From assembly GCA_015056185.1 (NCBI GenBank), contig SVGV01000001.1:8285-72284 (forward strand): a DNA stretch of 64,000 bases, given 5' to 3'. Of the stretch, positions 46,639 to 57,383 are shown piece by piece (the first letter of the stretch is position 1; each line of letters opens with the position of its first letter). Position numbers and translations under genes: made by a program. The stretch comes from Clostridiales bacterium. GTDB lineage: Bacteria; Bacillota; Clostridia; Christensenellales; QAND01. The notes beneath the pieces were generated by a model. That model was not told the origin of the DNA. It saw only the letters and a program-made list of their open reading frames with translations, and did not search any database.

Positions 46639-47603
46639 ACCGCCTTTGGAACCGTTTGAAACATAATTTTGCCTTAAAAGCCACTGCGCTGTTTTTTGCC
46701 ATCATGCTGTGGAGCTTTGTGATCTCCGAAACGGATCCGGAGCGCAGCAGGGCTTATAACAACATCCCGGTGGAGATCGTGGGGCTTTCTCAGCTGGAAA
46801 ACGATAACCTTGCCGTAAAGGGTGATGTTTCCGCCATCTTTGGGGATGCTAATTTGAGCTTGACGCTAAAAGTCAGCGAGATCGGCACCTTTGATCCCTC
46901 TGCGGTGGGCGTTATGGCGGACCTTTCCTCCATCCGCGAACCCGGCAAATACAACATCCCCCTTGTGGGCCACGCCCCTGTTGGCTCCATTGCAAAGGTG
47001 ATCCCGCAATCCATCACCATTGAGGTGGAAGAGCGGCATACCGCCCAGTTCCCCGTGCAGGTGATCAAAAAAGGCACCCTGGCCGGCGGGCTGTATTCCA
47101 CCGACCCTGTCATCACCCCCCAGTATGTGGAGGTATCCGGCGCGGCGTCCGATGTGGCTGCCATCCGCAATGCGGTGGTCTATTTGGATGAAAGCAGCCT
47201 TTCTTCCCAGTTCAGCAGTGAGCTGCCCGTGGTGCTGCTCAACGAAAACGGGGAGGAGATCAGCCATAGGCGGTTTTCCTCCGGAGCGCCTACGGTGGAT
47301 GTGTTTATGGATGTTCTGCCCGTGAAAAAGCTGAGCGTGGATGTGGACGACATTCTTGGGCGGATCGAAGGTTTGCCCTGGGGGTATCGGGCTGTCAGCG
47401 TGATGGCCTCTCCCGGTGAAGTGGAAGTGGCGGGGGAAGCGGAAGTGCTCAGCAAGCTTTCCACCATCAGCGTGGGCAGTGTGAATGTGGACGGTGCCAA
47501 AGAGGATGTGACCATCAGTGCATCGGTCATCCTGCCGGAGGGCACCATTGCCACCACCACAAAGGAGATCACCCTGACGGTGGTCATCGCACGAGATCGA
47601 TAG
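46635..47603 (+). CDS. cdaR: CdaA regulator with YbbR domains
   Basis: N-terminal TM plus YbbR-like repeats; coupled to cdaA. Confidence 0.9.
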   Translation: MNRLWNRLKHNFALKATALFFAIMLWSFVISETDPERSRAYNNIPVEIVGLSQLENDNLAVKGDVSAIFGDANLSLTLKVSEIGTFDPSAVGVMADLSSIREPGKYNIPLVGHAPVGSIAKVIPQSITIEVEERHTAQFPVQVIKKGTLAGGLYSTDPVITPQYVEVSGAASDVAAIRNAVVYLDESSLSSQFSSELPVVLLNENGEEISHRRFSSGAPTVDVFMDVLPVKKLSVDVDDILGRIEGLPWGYRAVSVMASPGEVEVAGEAEVLSKLSTISVGSVNVDGAKEDVTISASVILPEGTIATTTKEITLTVVIARDR

Positions 47604-47657
47604 AATCTTTACGGCCGGTGAGGGGCGACCCTGCGCCGGCCTTTTTGGAGCAAACAG

Positions 47658-49253
47658 ATGATCTATGAAATTCGGGGAATCCAGCTGAATCTGGATGATC
47701 ATGAGGATATGCTGCGCCAACTGGCAGCAAAAAAAGCGAAGGTACCGGTGGAGCGGGTGGAAAAACTGTGGATCCGCCGTCGCTCCATCGATGCGCGCAA
47801 GGGTAAAGTGGCTTTTGTGCACACCTTGGGGGTGGAGATCAGCGGCAAGGCCCCCAAGGGCGAGGTCTACCCCCTAAAAGCGGAAGAAGCGTGGAGCGGC
47901 CCCTTTGGCCGGGAGGCTCTCATGGGGCCCATCGTGGTGGTGGGCGCCGGCCCCTGCGGGCTGATGGCGGCTTATACCCTTGTAAGCCACGGTTACCCCG
48001 TGGTACTGCTGGAACGGGGCGGCCGCATGGCAGAACGGGATGCCGCCACAGATGCCTTCCATCATGGCGGGGAACTTAATGAAGACAACAACCTCCTCTT
48101 TGGCGAGGGGGGCGCAGGGGCCTATTCCGATGGGAAGCTTACGGCCCGCAACAAGGATGCATCCGCAAGACGGGTGCTGGAGCTGCTCATCAAACACGGG
48201 GCGGATGGATCCATCGGCTATGATGCCAAGCCCCACATCGGCACCGATGTGCTAAAAAAAGTGGTCAGCGGGGTCACGGATTCCATCATGGCCATGGGCG
48301 GCAAGGTGCTGTTCCATGCAAAGCTCACGGGCCTTTGTGAACGGGATGGGGTCATCACGGAACTGCGGTTTTGCTATAATGGGACGGAGCAGTGCATCCA
48401 ACCCGGTGCGGTGGTGCTGGCCATCGGCCACAGCGCAAGGGATACCTACCGCATGCTCCATGACTTGGGCACCCCTATGGAACAAAAGCCCTTTGCGGTG
48501 GGCGCCCGCATCGAGCACCACCAGAGTATGATCGATGCTACCCAGTACGGCAGCTTTGCCGGGCACCCCAAACTGGGGGCGGCGGAATACGCATTAACGG
48601 CCCGGGCGGGGGACAGGGGCGTTTACACCTTCTGCATGTGTCCCGGGGGGTATGTGGTGCCCAGCGTGAACATCCCCCATCGCCTGTGCGTCAATGGTAT
48701 GAGCTACCATAAGCGGGACGGCGTGAATGCCAATTCCGCTTTGGTGGTGCAGGTAGGGCCCAAGGATTTTTATGAGGGACCCTTAGGAGGCATGGAATTT
48801 CAGGAACGGCTGGAACGGGCTGCCTTTGATTACACCGGCAGTTACGCTGCCCCCATGCAGCGGGTGGAGGATCTGTTAAAGGGCAGAAAAACCACCGCCC
48901 TGGGTGATGTGAAACCCACCTACCCCATGGGCAGCGCATTGTGCCATTTAAACCGGGTGCTGCCGGATTTCATCGTTTCGGCCATGGCGGAGGCCATCCC
49001 CCAGATGGCACGGCGCTTAAAGGGCTTTGATGCCCCCGACGCCGTTTTAACGGGGGTGGAGGGCCGCACCAGTGCGCCGGTGCGCATCGTAAGAAACGAG
49101 AGCGGCATCAGCCCCTTTGCGGATAACCTGTACCCGGCGGGGGAGGGCTCCGGCTATGCGGGGGGCATCGTCAGCGCTGGGGCGGATGGAATCCGCACGG
49201 CACAATCCATCATGGAACGATTTTCATGTGAATACCATGGCTTTACACTTTAG
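47658..49253 (+). CDS. NAD(P)/FAD-dependent oxidoreductase
   Basis: VVGAGPCG, FGEGGAGAYSDGKL, TFCMCPGG, GEGSGYAGGIVSA. Confidence 0.9.
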   Translation: MIYEIRGIQLNLDDHEDMLRQLAAKKAKVPVERVEKLWIRRRSIDARKGKVAFVHTLGVEISGKAPKGEVYPLKAEEAWSGPFGREALMGPIVVVGAGPCGLMAAYTLVSHGYPVVLLERGGRMAERDAATDAFHHGGELNEDNNLLFGEGGAGAYSDGKLTARNKDASARRVLELLIKHGADGSIGYDAKPHIGTDVLKKVVSGVTDSIMAMGGKVLFHAKLTGLCERDGVITELRFCYNGTEQCIQPGAVVLAIGHSARDTYRMLHDLGTPMEQKPFAVGARIEHHQSMIDATQYGSFAGHPKLGAAEYALTARAGDRGVYTFCMCPGGYVVPSVNIPHRLCVNGMSYHKRDGVNANSALVVQVGPKDFYEGPLGGMEFQERLERAAFDYTGSYAAPMQRVEDLLKGRKTTALGDVKPTYPMGSALCHLNRVLPDFIVSAMAEAIPQMARRLKGFDAPDAVLTGVEGRTSAPVRIVRNESGISPFADNLYPAGEGSGYAGGIVSAGADGIRTAQSIMERFSCEYHGFTL

Positions 49254-49302
49254 TTTTCTTCGATTATAATAGCGTTGTAGATGTGAAAAGGGGGTATCAT
49301 CC

Positions 49303-49545
49303 GTGAACAGACCCAAGCAGCCGAAGCAGAAGCACAGTGCAGGCGAAATTTTGGTTTGTCTTATTGCATTGCTGGTTGCTATGTTTATGAGCAAGTATAT
49401 GCCCTTTAAATGGGGAATTGCCAAACAGGTGGAAGATCAAAAGAACGCTGCTACTGCATCCCCTGTTGTTACGGTAACTCCGGATGCTTCTCCTGAAGCA
49501 TCTCCGGTGCCCACCCCTACCCCTGCGCCCGAGGACGCAGAATGA
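49303..49545 (+). CDS. Small membrane protein with Pro/Ala/Thr-rich tail
   Basis: GTG start with AAGGGG RBS, one TM; terminator at 49559-49582. Confidence 0.6.
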   Translation: MNRPKQPKQKHSAGEILVCLIALLVAMFMSKYMPFKWGIAKQVEDQKNAATASPVVTVTPDASPEASPVPTPTPAPEDAE

Positions 49546-49597
49546 TCACAGACCCATTGCGGCGGTTTTCCGCCGCTTTTTTATTAAGGAGGATCTC

Positions 49598-50272
49598 ATG
49601 GCAAAACGGATGACGGTGTTTTGCGGCAACTTTGGCAGCGGCAAAACGGAACTGGCCATGGCCTATGCAAAACAGCTTGCAAAACAGGGTGAAAGAGTCA
49701 CCCTTGTGGATATGGATTTTGTAAACCCCTATTTTACCTCCAGCCACCAGCGAGAGGAACTGGAAGGCATGGGGGTGCGGCTCATCGGGCCCAGGTATTC
49801 CACCACGGGGGTGGATGTACCATCCCTTTCCCCCGAGGTGTTCTCCGTCTTTATTCAAAAGGATGCTAAGGTGATCTTTGATTTAGGCGGCGACCCCATC
49901 GGTGCGGTGGCAATGGGCTCGCTGGCCAGTCGCATCGAACAGGATGGCGGGGCAGAGATGCTGTTTGTGCTGAATCCCTATCGCCCCTTGGTCCGGGATA
50001 CCAAAAGTGCCAAAGACCTGCTCCTTTCCATCCAGCAGGAAAGCCATTTGACGGCCACTGCCATCGTCAACAACGCCAATTTGGGCGCAGAGACGCAGGC
50101 AGAGCATTTGATCTACGGCGACGGCGCCGCAAAAGCCCTGGCCGATGAAATGGGCATTACCGTTGCGTACTTTGGCGCAACCAAAGAGGTGCTGGAATCC
50201 TTAGAAAAAGGCGCCGTGTCGGGGGAGCCCATCGTGGTGGAACGGTTGAACCGCCAGGAATGGATGCTGTAA
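49598..50272 (+). CDS. P-loop NTPase of unknown function
   Basis: GNFGSGKTE, DMDFVNPYF, DLGGDPIGA. Confidence 0.85.
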   Translation: MAKRMTVFCGNFGSGKTELAMAYAKQLAKQGERVTLVDMDFVNPYFTSSHQREELEGMGVRLIGPRYSTTGVDVPSLSPEVFSVFIQKDAKVIFDLGGDPIGAVAMGSLASRIEQDGGAEMLFVLNPYRPLVRDTKSAKDLLLSIQQESHLTATAIVNNANLGAETQAEHLIYGDGAAKALADEMGITVAYFGATKEVLESLEKGAVSGEPIVVERLNRQEWML

Positions 50273-50339
50273 CACACTGTAATTAAATTGCCAGTGCAGA
50301 TATCCCGCCTGCAGTATGCGCGGGTTCTGTCCGGAAAAC

Positions 50340-50530
50340 GGATAAAGGCGAAACACACAGCCTATACCGTTGGGCAGGCAGATTATATTTGTACCCAAAT
50401 CATTCTGCGGCGTGGCACCGGGGCCTCCCCGGATGGTGGATAAAGGCGAAACACACTGCCAATACCGCTGGGCAGGCAGATTATATTTGTACCAAAATCA
50501 TTCCGCGGTGTGGCACCGGGGCCTCCCCGG
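50340..50530. repeat. Tandem direct repeat, 2 x 93 bp (period 98 bp, 6 mismatches)
   Basis: Copy 1 50340-50432, copy 2 50438-50530, GGATAAAGGCGAAACACAC...GGCACCGGGGCCTCCCCGG. Confidence 0.95.
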
Positions 50531-50558
50531 TTGACATACTTTGGCGGAGTGATATAAT
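50531..50558 (+). promoter_or_regulatory. Sigma-A promoter of the oxidoreductase operon
   Basis: TTGACA-N16-TATAAT with extended -10 TG. Confidence 0.85.
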
Positions 50559-50597
50559 AAATCAAATCATTTCTATTATTTTGTGGAGGTGGCACAA

Positions 50598-50804
50598 GTG
50601 CGAGGAGCATTTATTGATGCGAATATTTGCAAAGGCTGCGGTCTTTGTGTAACGGCTTGTCCGAAAAAGATCATTGAAATAGATACCAGCACCATCAACG
50701 CCAAGGGTTATGCCCCGGCTCATGTGGTGGATCAGGATGGGTGCATCGCCTGCGGCGCCTGCTACGGCATGTGCCCCGATTGCGCCATTACGGTAGAAAG
50801 GTAG
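50598..50804 (+). CDS. 2x[4Fe-4S] ferredoxin-type delta subunit of 2-oxoacid oxidoreductase
   Basis: CKGCGLCVTACP and CIACGACYGMCPD; GGAGG RBS with GTG start. Confidence 0.93.
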   Translation: MRGAFIDANICKGCGLCVTACPKKIIEIDTSTINAKGYAPAHVVDQDGCIACGACYGMCPDCAITVER

Positions 50805-50812
50805 GGAGCAAC

Positions 50813-51868
50813 ATGGCAAAAGTTTTGATGAAAGGCAATGAGGCCATTGCTGAGGCTGCCATTTTGGCAGGGTGCCGCTTTTACTTCGGCTACCCCATCA
50901 CCCCTCAGAATGAGATCCCCGAGTATATGTCCCGCAGGATGCGGGAGGTAGGCGGCACCTTCTTGCAGGCCGAAAGCGAAGTGGCAGCCATCAACATGGT
51001 GTACGGCGCTGCCGGCTGCGGCAAGCGGGTCATGACCAGCTCTTCCTCCCCCGGGATCAGCTTAAAGCAGGAGGGCTTAAGCTACATTGCAGGCGCTGAG
51101 CTGCCCTGCGTTGTGGTAAACATGGTGCGCGGCGGCCCCGGTCTCGGCGGCATCCAGCCCGCCCAGAGCGATTACTACCAGGCCACCCGGGGCGGCGGTC
51201 ATGGCGATTACCGCATGATCGTCTATACCCCCAGCACAGTGCAGGAAGCCGCCGAAATGGTGGCAAAAGCCTTTACCGTGGCGGATCGCTACCGCATCGG
51301 CGTGATGATCCTGGGCGATGGCATGATCGGCCAGATCATGGAGCCTGTGGATCTTGAAGCCATCAAGGTAGAACCCGAAAACACCAAGAAGCTGTGGGCC
51401 ACCACCGGTACCGACAGCAAAGACGGCAAACGCAGCGTGGTCAACTCCCTCTACATCGACCCCAACGAGCTGGAAGTGGTAAACCAGCGGCTTGAGGCCA
51501 AGTACGATGTCATCGCCGCATACGAGACCGAGTATGAAGAATACATGCTGGACGATGCCGATGTGATGCTGGTAGCCTATGGCACCACCGCCCGCATCTG
51601 CAAGAGCGCCGTTGCCAAAGCCCGTGAAGAGGGCATCAAGCTGGGCCTCTTCCGTCCCAAGACCGTATGGCCCTTCCCCTATGATGCCCTTGCAAAAGCC
51701 GCAGAAGGCAAAAAGGCCGTCATCAGCGTAGAGATGAGCCTGGGTCAGATGGTGGATGACGTGCGCATTGCGGTCAACGGCAAATGCCCCGTGCACTTCA
51801 CCGGCCGCACCGGCGGTGTGATCCCCACCCCCAAAGAGATCCTCGATTACGTAAAGGAGGTGCGCTGA
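50813..51868 (+). CDS. vorB: 2-oxoacid:ferredoxin oxidoreductase alpha subunit (VorB-like)
   Basis: [42 protein letters not shown]. Confidence 0.9.
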   Translation: MAKVLMKGNEAIAEAAILAGCRFYFGYPITPQNEIPEYMSRRMREVGGTFLQAESEVAAINMVYGAAGCGKRVMTSSSSPGISLKQEGLSYIAGAELPCVVVNMVRGGPGLGGIQPAQSDYYQATRGGGHGDYRMIVYTPSTVQEAAEMVAKAFTVADRYRIGVMILGDGMIGQIMEPVDLEAIKVEPENTKKLWATTGTDSKDGKRSVVNSLYIDPNELEVVNQRLEAKYDVIAAYETEYEEYMLDDADVMLVAYGTTARICKSAVAKAREEGIKLGLFRPKTVWPFPYDALAKAAEGKKAVISVEMSLGQMVDDVRIAVNGKCPVHFTGRTGGVIPTPKEILDYVKEVR

Positions 51869-51869
51869 A

Positions 51870-52601
51870 ATGGCCAAATTTGAAAAACCCAAAGCCTTAT
51901 TGGATGTACCGCTGCACTACTGCCCCGGCTGCACCCACGGCATCGCTCACCGTCTGGTGGCAGAGGCCATGGATGAACTGGACATCACCGGAAAGACCAT
52001 CGGCATTGCGCCGGTAGGCTGCTCCGTTTTTGCGTACAACTACTTTAACTGCGATATGCAGCAGGCCAGCCACGGCCGTGCTCCCGCAGTTGCCACCGGC
52101 ATCAAACGGGCCATGCCCGACAACATCGTCTTCAGCTACCAGGGCGATGGCGATTTAGCCTCCATCGGCGCCGCCGAGATCGTCTCTGCTGCTGCCCGTG
52201 GCGAAAAGATCACCGTGATCTTCATCAACAACGCCATCTACGGCATGACGGGCGGCCAGATGGCCCCCACCACCCTGTTGGGGCAGAAGACCACCACCTC
52301 CCCCTATGGGCGGGATGAAAACATCCAGGGTTACCCCATCCGCATGGTGGAGATGCTTTCCCAGCTGGATGGCTGCGCCTATGCAGAGCGTGTTTCCATG
52401 CACAACTACCCCAACGTATTAAAGGCGAAAAAGGCTGTGAAAAAGGCTTTTGAGACCCAAATCGCAGGCAAGGGCTTTGCCATTGTAGAGCTGCTTTCCA
52501 CCTGCCCCACCAACTGGGGCCTTTCCCCCGTGGATGCCTTAAAGTTTGTGGAAGAAAAGATGATCCCCCAGTATCCTCTGGGCGTATTTAAGGAGGTTTA
52601 A
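51870..52601 (+). CDS. 2-oxoacid:ferredoxin oxidoreductase beta (TPP-binding) subunit
   Basis: [38 protein letters not shown]. Confidence 0.93.
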   Translation: MAKFEKPKALLDVPLHYCPGCTHGIAHRLVAEAMDELDITGKTIGIAPVGCSVFAYNYFNCDMQQASHGRAPAVATGIKRAMPDNIVFSYQGDGDLASIGAAEIVSAAARGEKITVIFINNAIYGMTGGQMAPTTLLGQKTTTSPYGRDENIQGYPIRMVEMLSQLDGCAYAERVSMHNYPNVLKAKKAVKKAFETQIAGKGFAIVELLSTCPTNWGLSPVDALKFVEEKMIPQYPLGVFKEV

Positions 52602-52604
52602 GCC

Positions 52605-53147
52605 ATGGAGCATCGCATTGTAGTAGCAGGCTTCGGCGGCCAGGGCGTATTGCTCATTGGCCAGGTATTGTGCTATGCAGGCATGGCAGAAGGCAAGAAT
52701 GTCTCCTGGCTGCCCAGCTACGGCCCCGAGATGCGCGGCGGCACCGCCAGCTGCTCCGTCATCGTTTCCGATGGGGAGATCGCAAGCCCCCTGGTAACGG
52801 AGCCCGAAAAGCTCATCGTTATGAATCTGCCCTCCTTTACCAAGTACGAACCCCTGATGGAAAAGGGCGGCACCATCTATGTAAATTCTTCTTTGATCGA
52901 TGCCAAATCCACGCGGGATGACATCAAAAAGTGTTACATCCCCTGCAACGATGCCGCCATCGCCGTGGGCAATGCCCGCGCAGCCAATATGGCTATGCTG
53001 GGCGCCTTTTTGGCGGATACCGGCGTTGTCAGCAAGGAAAGTGCCATGGCAGCCCTTAAGAAGATCTTTGGGGAGCGCAGAGCACACCTGTTGCCCGTAA
53101 ACGAACTGGCAATGGATAAAGGCGCCGAAATGATGGTAAAAGAATAA
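52605..53147 (+). CDS. 2-oxoacid:ferredoxin oxidoreductase gamma subunit
   Basis: AGFGGQGVL, SYGPEMRGGTASC. Confidence 0.93.
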   Translation: MEHRIVVAGFGGQGVLLIGQVLCYAGMAEGKNVSWLPSYGPEMRGGTASCSVIVSDGEIASPLVTEPEKLIVMNLPSFTKYEPLMEKGGTIYVNSSLIDAKSTRDDIKKCYIPCNDAAIAVGNARAANMAMLGAFLADTGVVSKESAMAALKKIFGERRAHLLPVNELAMDKGAEMMVKE

Positions 53148-53154
53148 ACCAAAC

Positions 53155-53187
53155 AAAAAAGACCCGATGTGCATCGGGTCTTTTTTT
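53155..53187. terminator. Bidirectional terminator
   Basis: AAAAAAGACCCGATG-TG-CATCGGGTCTTTTTTT. Confidence 0.88.
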
Positions 53188-53189
53188 AT

Positions 53190-53951
53190 TTAAACTTCCA
53201 CTAGTTTGCCTTTTACAAACACCGCTTCTTTTAAGCCCACTTTGGCCATTAAGTCTTTGGCCACCTCGTTGTGGGCGCTAAGATCTTTTACAAAATGGGC
53301 GTCGCTGCCCACCGTTACATGAGTGCCGCCAACCTCCTTATACAGCTGCAAAAGGGTAAGGCCGGGCATGGGCTCACGGCAGTTGTTCCTAAGGGCAGAG
53401 GTGTTGATCTCAATGACGCTGCCGTTTTTTAAAAGCAGCTTCATGGCCTCGGCCAGAAGATCCATATCAGGGGGTGTTTCCCCAAAGTACCGCTTGGGGA
53501 AATCCATATGCCCCAGGGTGTGGAACCCACCGTGCCGGGCCGCACAGTAGATCTCCCGCCAGTAGCCATCGGTGTAGGCCATATGGGGGATGCCCTCCCG
53601 CATCATACGGGTGGGGAAGAGGTCGCCCACCCAGTGGATGCTGCCGATGATCATATCATAGGGGTATTTCTGAAACTCTGCCAATTGCTCGGGGTGCATG
53701 TGAGGCTCTGCAAACTCCACCCCGGCCAGGATGGTGAGCTTATCGGCATATTTTTTTTGTAGTGGAGCAACGGCATCAAAAAATGCCTGGGGGTCATAGT
53801 ACCCCGTGCCGTAATCCAGGGGGTTGGTATCCATATGATCCGTAAAGCATAAGTAAGACATGCCAAGCTCGATGGCACGGGTGCAGTAGCCCTCAATGGG
53901 GGTATCGCAATCGGCACTGAAGGCCGTATGTACGTGAAGATCACAGCGCAT
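53190..53951 (-). CDS. PHP-family phosphatase (histidinol-phosphatase HisJ-like)
   Basis: DLHVHT, CFTDH, IIGSIH, LGHMDFPKR, VGSDAH. Confidence 0.9.
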   Translation of the reverse strand: MRCDLHVHTAFSADCDTPIEGYCTRAIELGMSYLCFTDHMDTNPLDYGTGYYDPQAFFDAVAPLQKKYADKLTILAGVEFAEPHMHPEQLAEFQKYPYDMIIGSIHWVGDLFPTRMMREGIPHMAYTDGYWREIYCAARHGGFHTLGHMDFPKRYFGETPPDMDLLAEAMKLLLKNGSVIEINTSALRNNCREPMPGLTLLQLYKEVGGTHVTVGSDAHFVKDLSAHNEVAKDLMAKVGLKEAVFVKGKLVEV

Positions 53952-54174
53952 GGGTTCATCCTCCTTACTGCTATTATAGCGTAAACTCTCGTTCCCGCAA
54001 CGGAAAAACCTGCGCCGCCCCGCCAGGATATGAGAGGGCTCACTGGGATAAGATAGAGAAATAAAGGGGGCAAAAAATCGCCCAAGGGGGCATCCCATTG
54101 CCTAAAAACGGCCGGGATGGAGTTTTTGCAAAAAGCAAAAATATGGTATGATTTTCGTAAAGGAGGCAGATGAA

Positions 54175-54657
54175 ATGCCATTGTTTTCAGACATCAATAC
54201 CTGGGCATTGATCGCCCTTGTCATCGGCCTTGGGCTGATGGTACTGGAGATCTTCACCCCCGGCTTTGGCCTGTGCGGCGGCTGCGGTTTAGTGCTGATG
54301 GCCATCGCGGTGATCTTACAGGCCAAATCCCTGCTGGAGGCTGTGATCCTCACCACCATCATTTTAGTGGTGCTGGGCATCGCCTTTCTGATCGCAGTAA
54401 GAAGTGCGCAAAAAGGCCGCTTAAGCCGTTCTCCCATCATTTTAAAAGAGAGCATCGGTGAGGAGAACCCGGCAAAAGAGGAACTCTTCGGTAAAGAGGG
54501 CGTGGCGGTAACGCCCCTGCGTCCATCCGGCACTGTCAAGATCGGGGAAGAGCGCATCAGCGCCGTGACCGATGGCGAGTGGCTCTCAGCCGGCACCAAA
54601 GTAACGGTGGCAGGCATGTACCGCCTGACCCCTGTCGTACGGAAAGTGGAAGAATAA
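54175..54657 (+). CDS. NfeD-family protein (C-terminal OB-fold)
   Basis: LEIFTPGFG, GVAVTPLRPSGTV. Confidence 0.9.
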   Translation: MPLFSDINTWALIALVIGLGLMVLEIFTPGFGLCGGCGLVLMAIAVILQAKSLLEAVILTTIILVVLGIAFLIAVRSAQKGRLSRSPIILKESIGEENPAKEELFGKEGVAVTPLRPSGTVKIGEERISAVTDGEWLSAGTKVTVAGMYRLTPVVRKVEE

Positions 54658-54669
54658 AAGGAGGAAACT

Positions 54670-55659
54670 ATGATCGCAGATTTCTTTAACAGCGTGGGCC
54701 TGGTACCCATCCTCATTTTAGTTGCGGTGGTGGCACTCATCGCCCTGTTTTTCAGCTTTGTGCCCATCCGTTTGTGGATCAGCGCCACGGCGGCGGGGGT
54801 GAAGGTCGGCATCTTCAACCTCATCGGTATGCGCATCCGCAAAGTATCCCCCCAGACCATCGTCAACCCCATGATCAAAGCCACTAAGGCTGGGCTGGAT
54901 CTTTCCATCAACAAGCTGGAGGCCCACCACCTGGCCGGCGGCAATGTGGACAGGGTGGTCAATGCCCTCATCGCAGCCCAGCGTGCCGAGATCACTCTGG
55001 AATTTGAGCGTGCCGCCGCCATCGACCTTGCCGGCCGCGATGTGCTCACCGCCGTGCAGATGAGCGTCAACCCCAAAGTCATCGAGACTCCTGTGGTAGC
55101 CGCCATCGCAAAGGACGGTATTGAGCTGCGGGCTAAAGCCAGGGTCACTGTGCGGGCCAATATTGACCGCCTGGTGGGCGGCGCCGGGGAAGAGACCATC
55201 ATTGCCCGTGTAGGCGAAGGCATCGTTACCACGGTAGGTTCCTCCGGCAGCCACAAAGAGGTGCTGGAAAACCCCGACCTCATCTCCCGCACCGTGCTCA
55301 ACAAGGGCCTGGATGCCGGCACCGCCTTTGAGATCCTCTCCATCGACATTGCCGATGTGGATGTGGGCCGCAACGTAGGCGCCCAATTGCAGATGGATCA
55401 GGCAGAGGCCGACCGCCGCATCGCCCAGGCCAAGGCGGAGGAACGCCGTGCCATGGCCGTTGCCCGTGAGCAGGAGATGAAGGCATCGGTACAGGAAATG
55501 CAGGCCCGGGTGGTAGAGGCCCAGGCACAGGTGCCCCTTGCCATGGCAGAGGCCTTCCGCCAGGGCAACCTGGGTGTGATGGATTACTACAACATGCAGA
55601 ACATCCAGGCGGATACCACCATGCGCAACGCCATCGCCGGCAAAGGCGAGGATGAATAA
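54670..55659 (+). CDS. floA: Flotillin-like protein FloA (YqfA)
   Basis: [42 protein letters not shown]. Confidence 0.95.
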   Translation: MIADFFNSVGLVPILILVAVVALIALFFSFVPIRLWISATAAGVKVGIFNLIGMRIRKVSPQTIVNPMIKATKAGLDLSINKLEAHHLAGGNVDRVVNALIAAQRAEITLEFERAAAIDLAGRDVLTAVQMSVNPKVIETPVVAAIAKDGIELRAKARVTVRANIDRLVGGAGEETIIARVGEGIVTTVGSSGSHKEVLENPDLISRTVLNKGLDAGTAFEILSIDIADVDVGRNVGAQLQMDQAEADRRIAQAKAEERRAMAVAREQEMKASVQEMQARVVEAQAQVPLAMAEAFRQGNLGVMDYYNMQNIQADTTMRNAIAGKGEDE

Positions 55660-55665
55660 GCTAAG

Positions 55666-56091
55666 ATGATCGAGACCATTCTCTCCATCCTCCCCGTTGT
55701 CATCTTTCTGGGGATCTACATCTTAGCTACCACGGCCACCTATAAGCGCAGCCAAAAAGCCAAAGCCATAAAGTGGACGAAAGCCTACGAGGAATTGGCC
55801 CACCATGCAGAATCCACCATGGGGGAACAAGCCTTGGAAGATGCTGTGTTGGAACAAACGGTGCCAAAGCCGGAGAGCGTCCAGCTGGAAACCGCCTACG
55901 AAGAAGCCGGCATGGGTGCCCATACCCCCCAGGGGGATGAAGCCCGCCATGCCACCCGGCCAAAGTGGGTGGATGTCCCCTCGCAAAAGACTGCAGAAGG
56001 GTATGATCACAAGCGCCTGAAAGAAGCGGTGATCTTAAGCGAGATCATCGGCCCGCCCAAAGCAAAACAGCACCGCCGCAGATACGGCTAA
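55666..56091 (+). CDS. Hypothetical protein, YqfB-like position
   Basis: N-terminal TM; C-terminal LKEAVILSEIIGPPKA. Confidence 0.75.
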   Translation: MIETILSILPVVIFLGIYILATTATYKRSQKAKAIKWTKAYEELAHHAESTMGEQALEDAVLEQTVPKPESVQLETAYEEAGMGAHTPQGDEARHATRPKWVDVPSQKTAEGYDHKRLKEAVILSEIIGPPKAKQHRRRYG

Positions 56092-56176
56092 AAAAGGGAT
56101 GCTCCGCATCCCTTTTTTGCACCCTTTTCCCATTGGGCTGGATTGGCTATAATGGGGGAAGAAAGGAGGGAGTCTG

Positions 56177-57367
56177 TTGGCATATCCCATTGCTGCGGTT
56201 GGCTTAGGCCTGTTTTTGTATGCCCTGATCCCCGCCTTTGTCCGGGGTTGGCGCTATGCCTTTTGTGATGCCGATGCCCTGCCCATGTTAAATGATGCCC
56301 CCATCAAGGGGGATGCGCTGCGCCTGCTGTGCTATCTGCTCTTAGGCAGTTTTGTGGTGTACGGCACCGCCCTTTTGTTTACCGGCAGCCTGAATTCCCT
56401 TGTGCAGGCAGATGCCCTGCATTATACCGAGATCGCAAAAAACGGCTATACCAATGTGGGGGAGACCCGCTATTTCATCGTGTTTTTCCCGCTGTTCCCC
56501 CTTTGTATGCGCCTTTTGACATATCTTCTGGGGGATGCCCTGTTTGCGGCCATTGTGCTCAATAACGGTTTTTTGTTTGTGGCCATGTGGTACCTTTACA
56601 AAATGGGCTGCCGCGTTTATGGCCGCAAAACAGCTTTGCGTAGTGCAAAATACTTAAGCTTATTTCCCTTTGCCCTGTTCTTCCGCAACCCCTATACCGA
56701 AAGCTTATTTGTGATGCTCAGCGTCATGAGCATCTATTACGCCATGGATGGCCGCCATCTTACATCGGGGGTGATGGGACTGTTGTGTGCTCTGTGCCGC
56801 TCCACCGGGGTGATTTTGATGCTGCCCATTTTGATGGAATCGGTGCGCGCCTGGCGTATGGGGCAGCAAAAACTGTGGATCGCCATCCTCGCCACCCTCT
56901 TGCCCCTTGGAGGATTTGCCATCTATCTGGGGTTAAACTATGCCGTTACGGGTAATGCCCTGCAGTTTTTGATCTACCAAAGGGAACACTGGTACAACGG
57001 CTTTGCCCTTTTCCCCCATAGCTTGTTTGAGACCGCTGATTACATGCTCCACAACACCCAGCCATCCCTGGCCCCCTTCTGGGTCAGCCAGTTTCTTGCC
57101 ATCATGGTGTTCAGCTTTTTATTGGCGGCAGGGTGCAAACACCTGCACCCCACCCACAGCGCCTATGCCTTAGCGGGGTTTTTCATCATGCTCAGCCAGG
57201 ATTGGCTGCTTTCGGGCGGGCGGTATTTGATGGGCATCGCCATCCCCTTTTACATCCCCGCCCTGTGGGCCAAAAAGCCCATGCCCGATGCCGCTGTTAC
57301 CGCCCTTTGCGTGATGGGGCTCCTCTATTTAAGCTGCGTCTTTTGTATGGGCACACCACTTTATTAG
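56177..57367 (+). CDS. GT-C fold glycosyltransferase (PIG-V/mannosyltransferase-like)
   Basis: DALHYTEIAKNGY, VFFPLFP, YTESLF, ALCRSTGV, RYL; multi-TM. Confidence 0.8.
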   Translation: MAYPIAAVGLGLFLYALIPAFVRGWRYAFCDADALPMLNDAPIKGDALRLLCYLLLGSFVVYGTALLFTGSLNSLVQADALHYTEIAKNGYTNVGETRYFIVFFPLFPLCMRLLTYLLGDALFAAIVLNNGFLFVAMWYLYKMGCRVYGRKTALRSAKYLSLFPFALFFRNPYTESLFVMLSVMSIYYAMDGRHLTSGVMGLLCALCRSTGVILMLPILMESVRAWRMGQQKLWIAILATLLPLGGFAIYLGLNYAVTGNALQFLIYQREHWYNGFALFPHSLFETADYMLHNTQPSLAPFWVSQFLAIMVFSFLLAAGCKHLHPTHSAYALAGFFIMLSQDWLLSGGRYLMGIAIPFYIPALWAKKPMPDAAVTALCVMGLLYLSCVFCMGTPLY

Positions 57368-57383
57368 TTTGTGAGGTCAAATT

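Noticed and set aside
50340-50530. Tandem repeat as a CRISPR array or c-di-GMP-I riboswitch
   Set aside because: Only two 93-bp units, no spacers or cas genes; lacks the GGCAAAC...GCAAAG/tetraloop-receptor layout of c-di-GMP-I.
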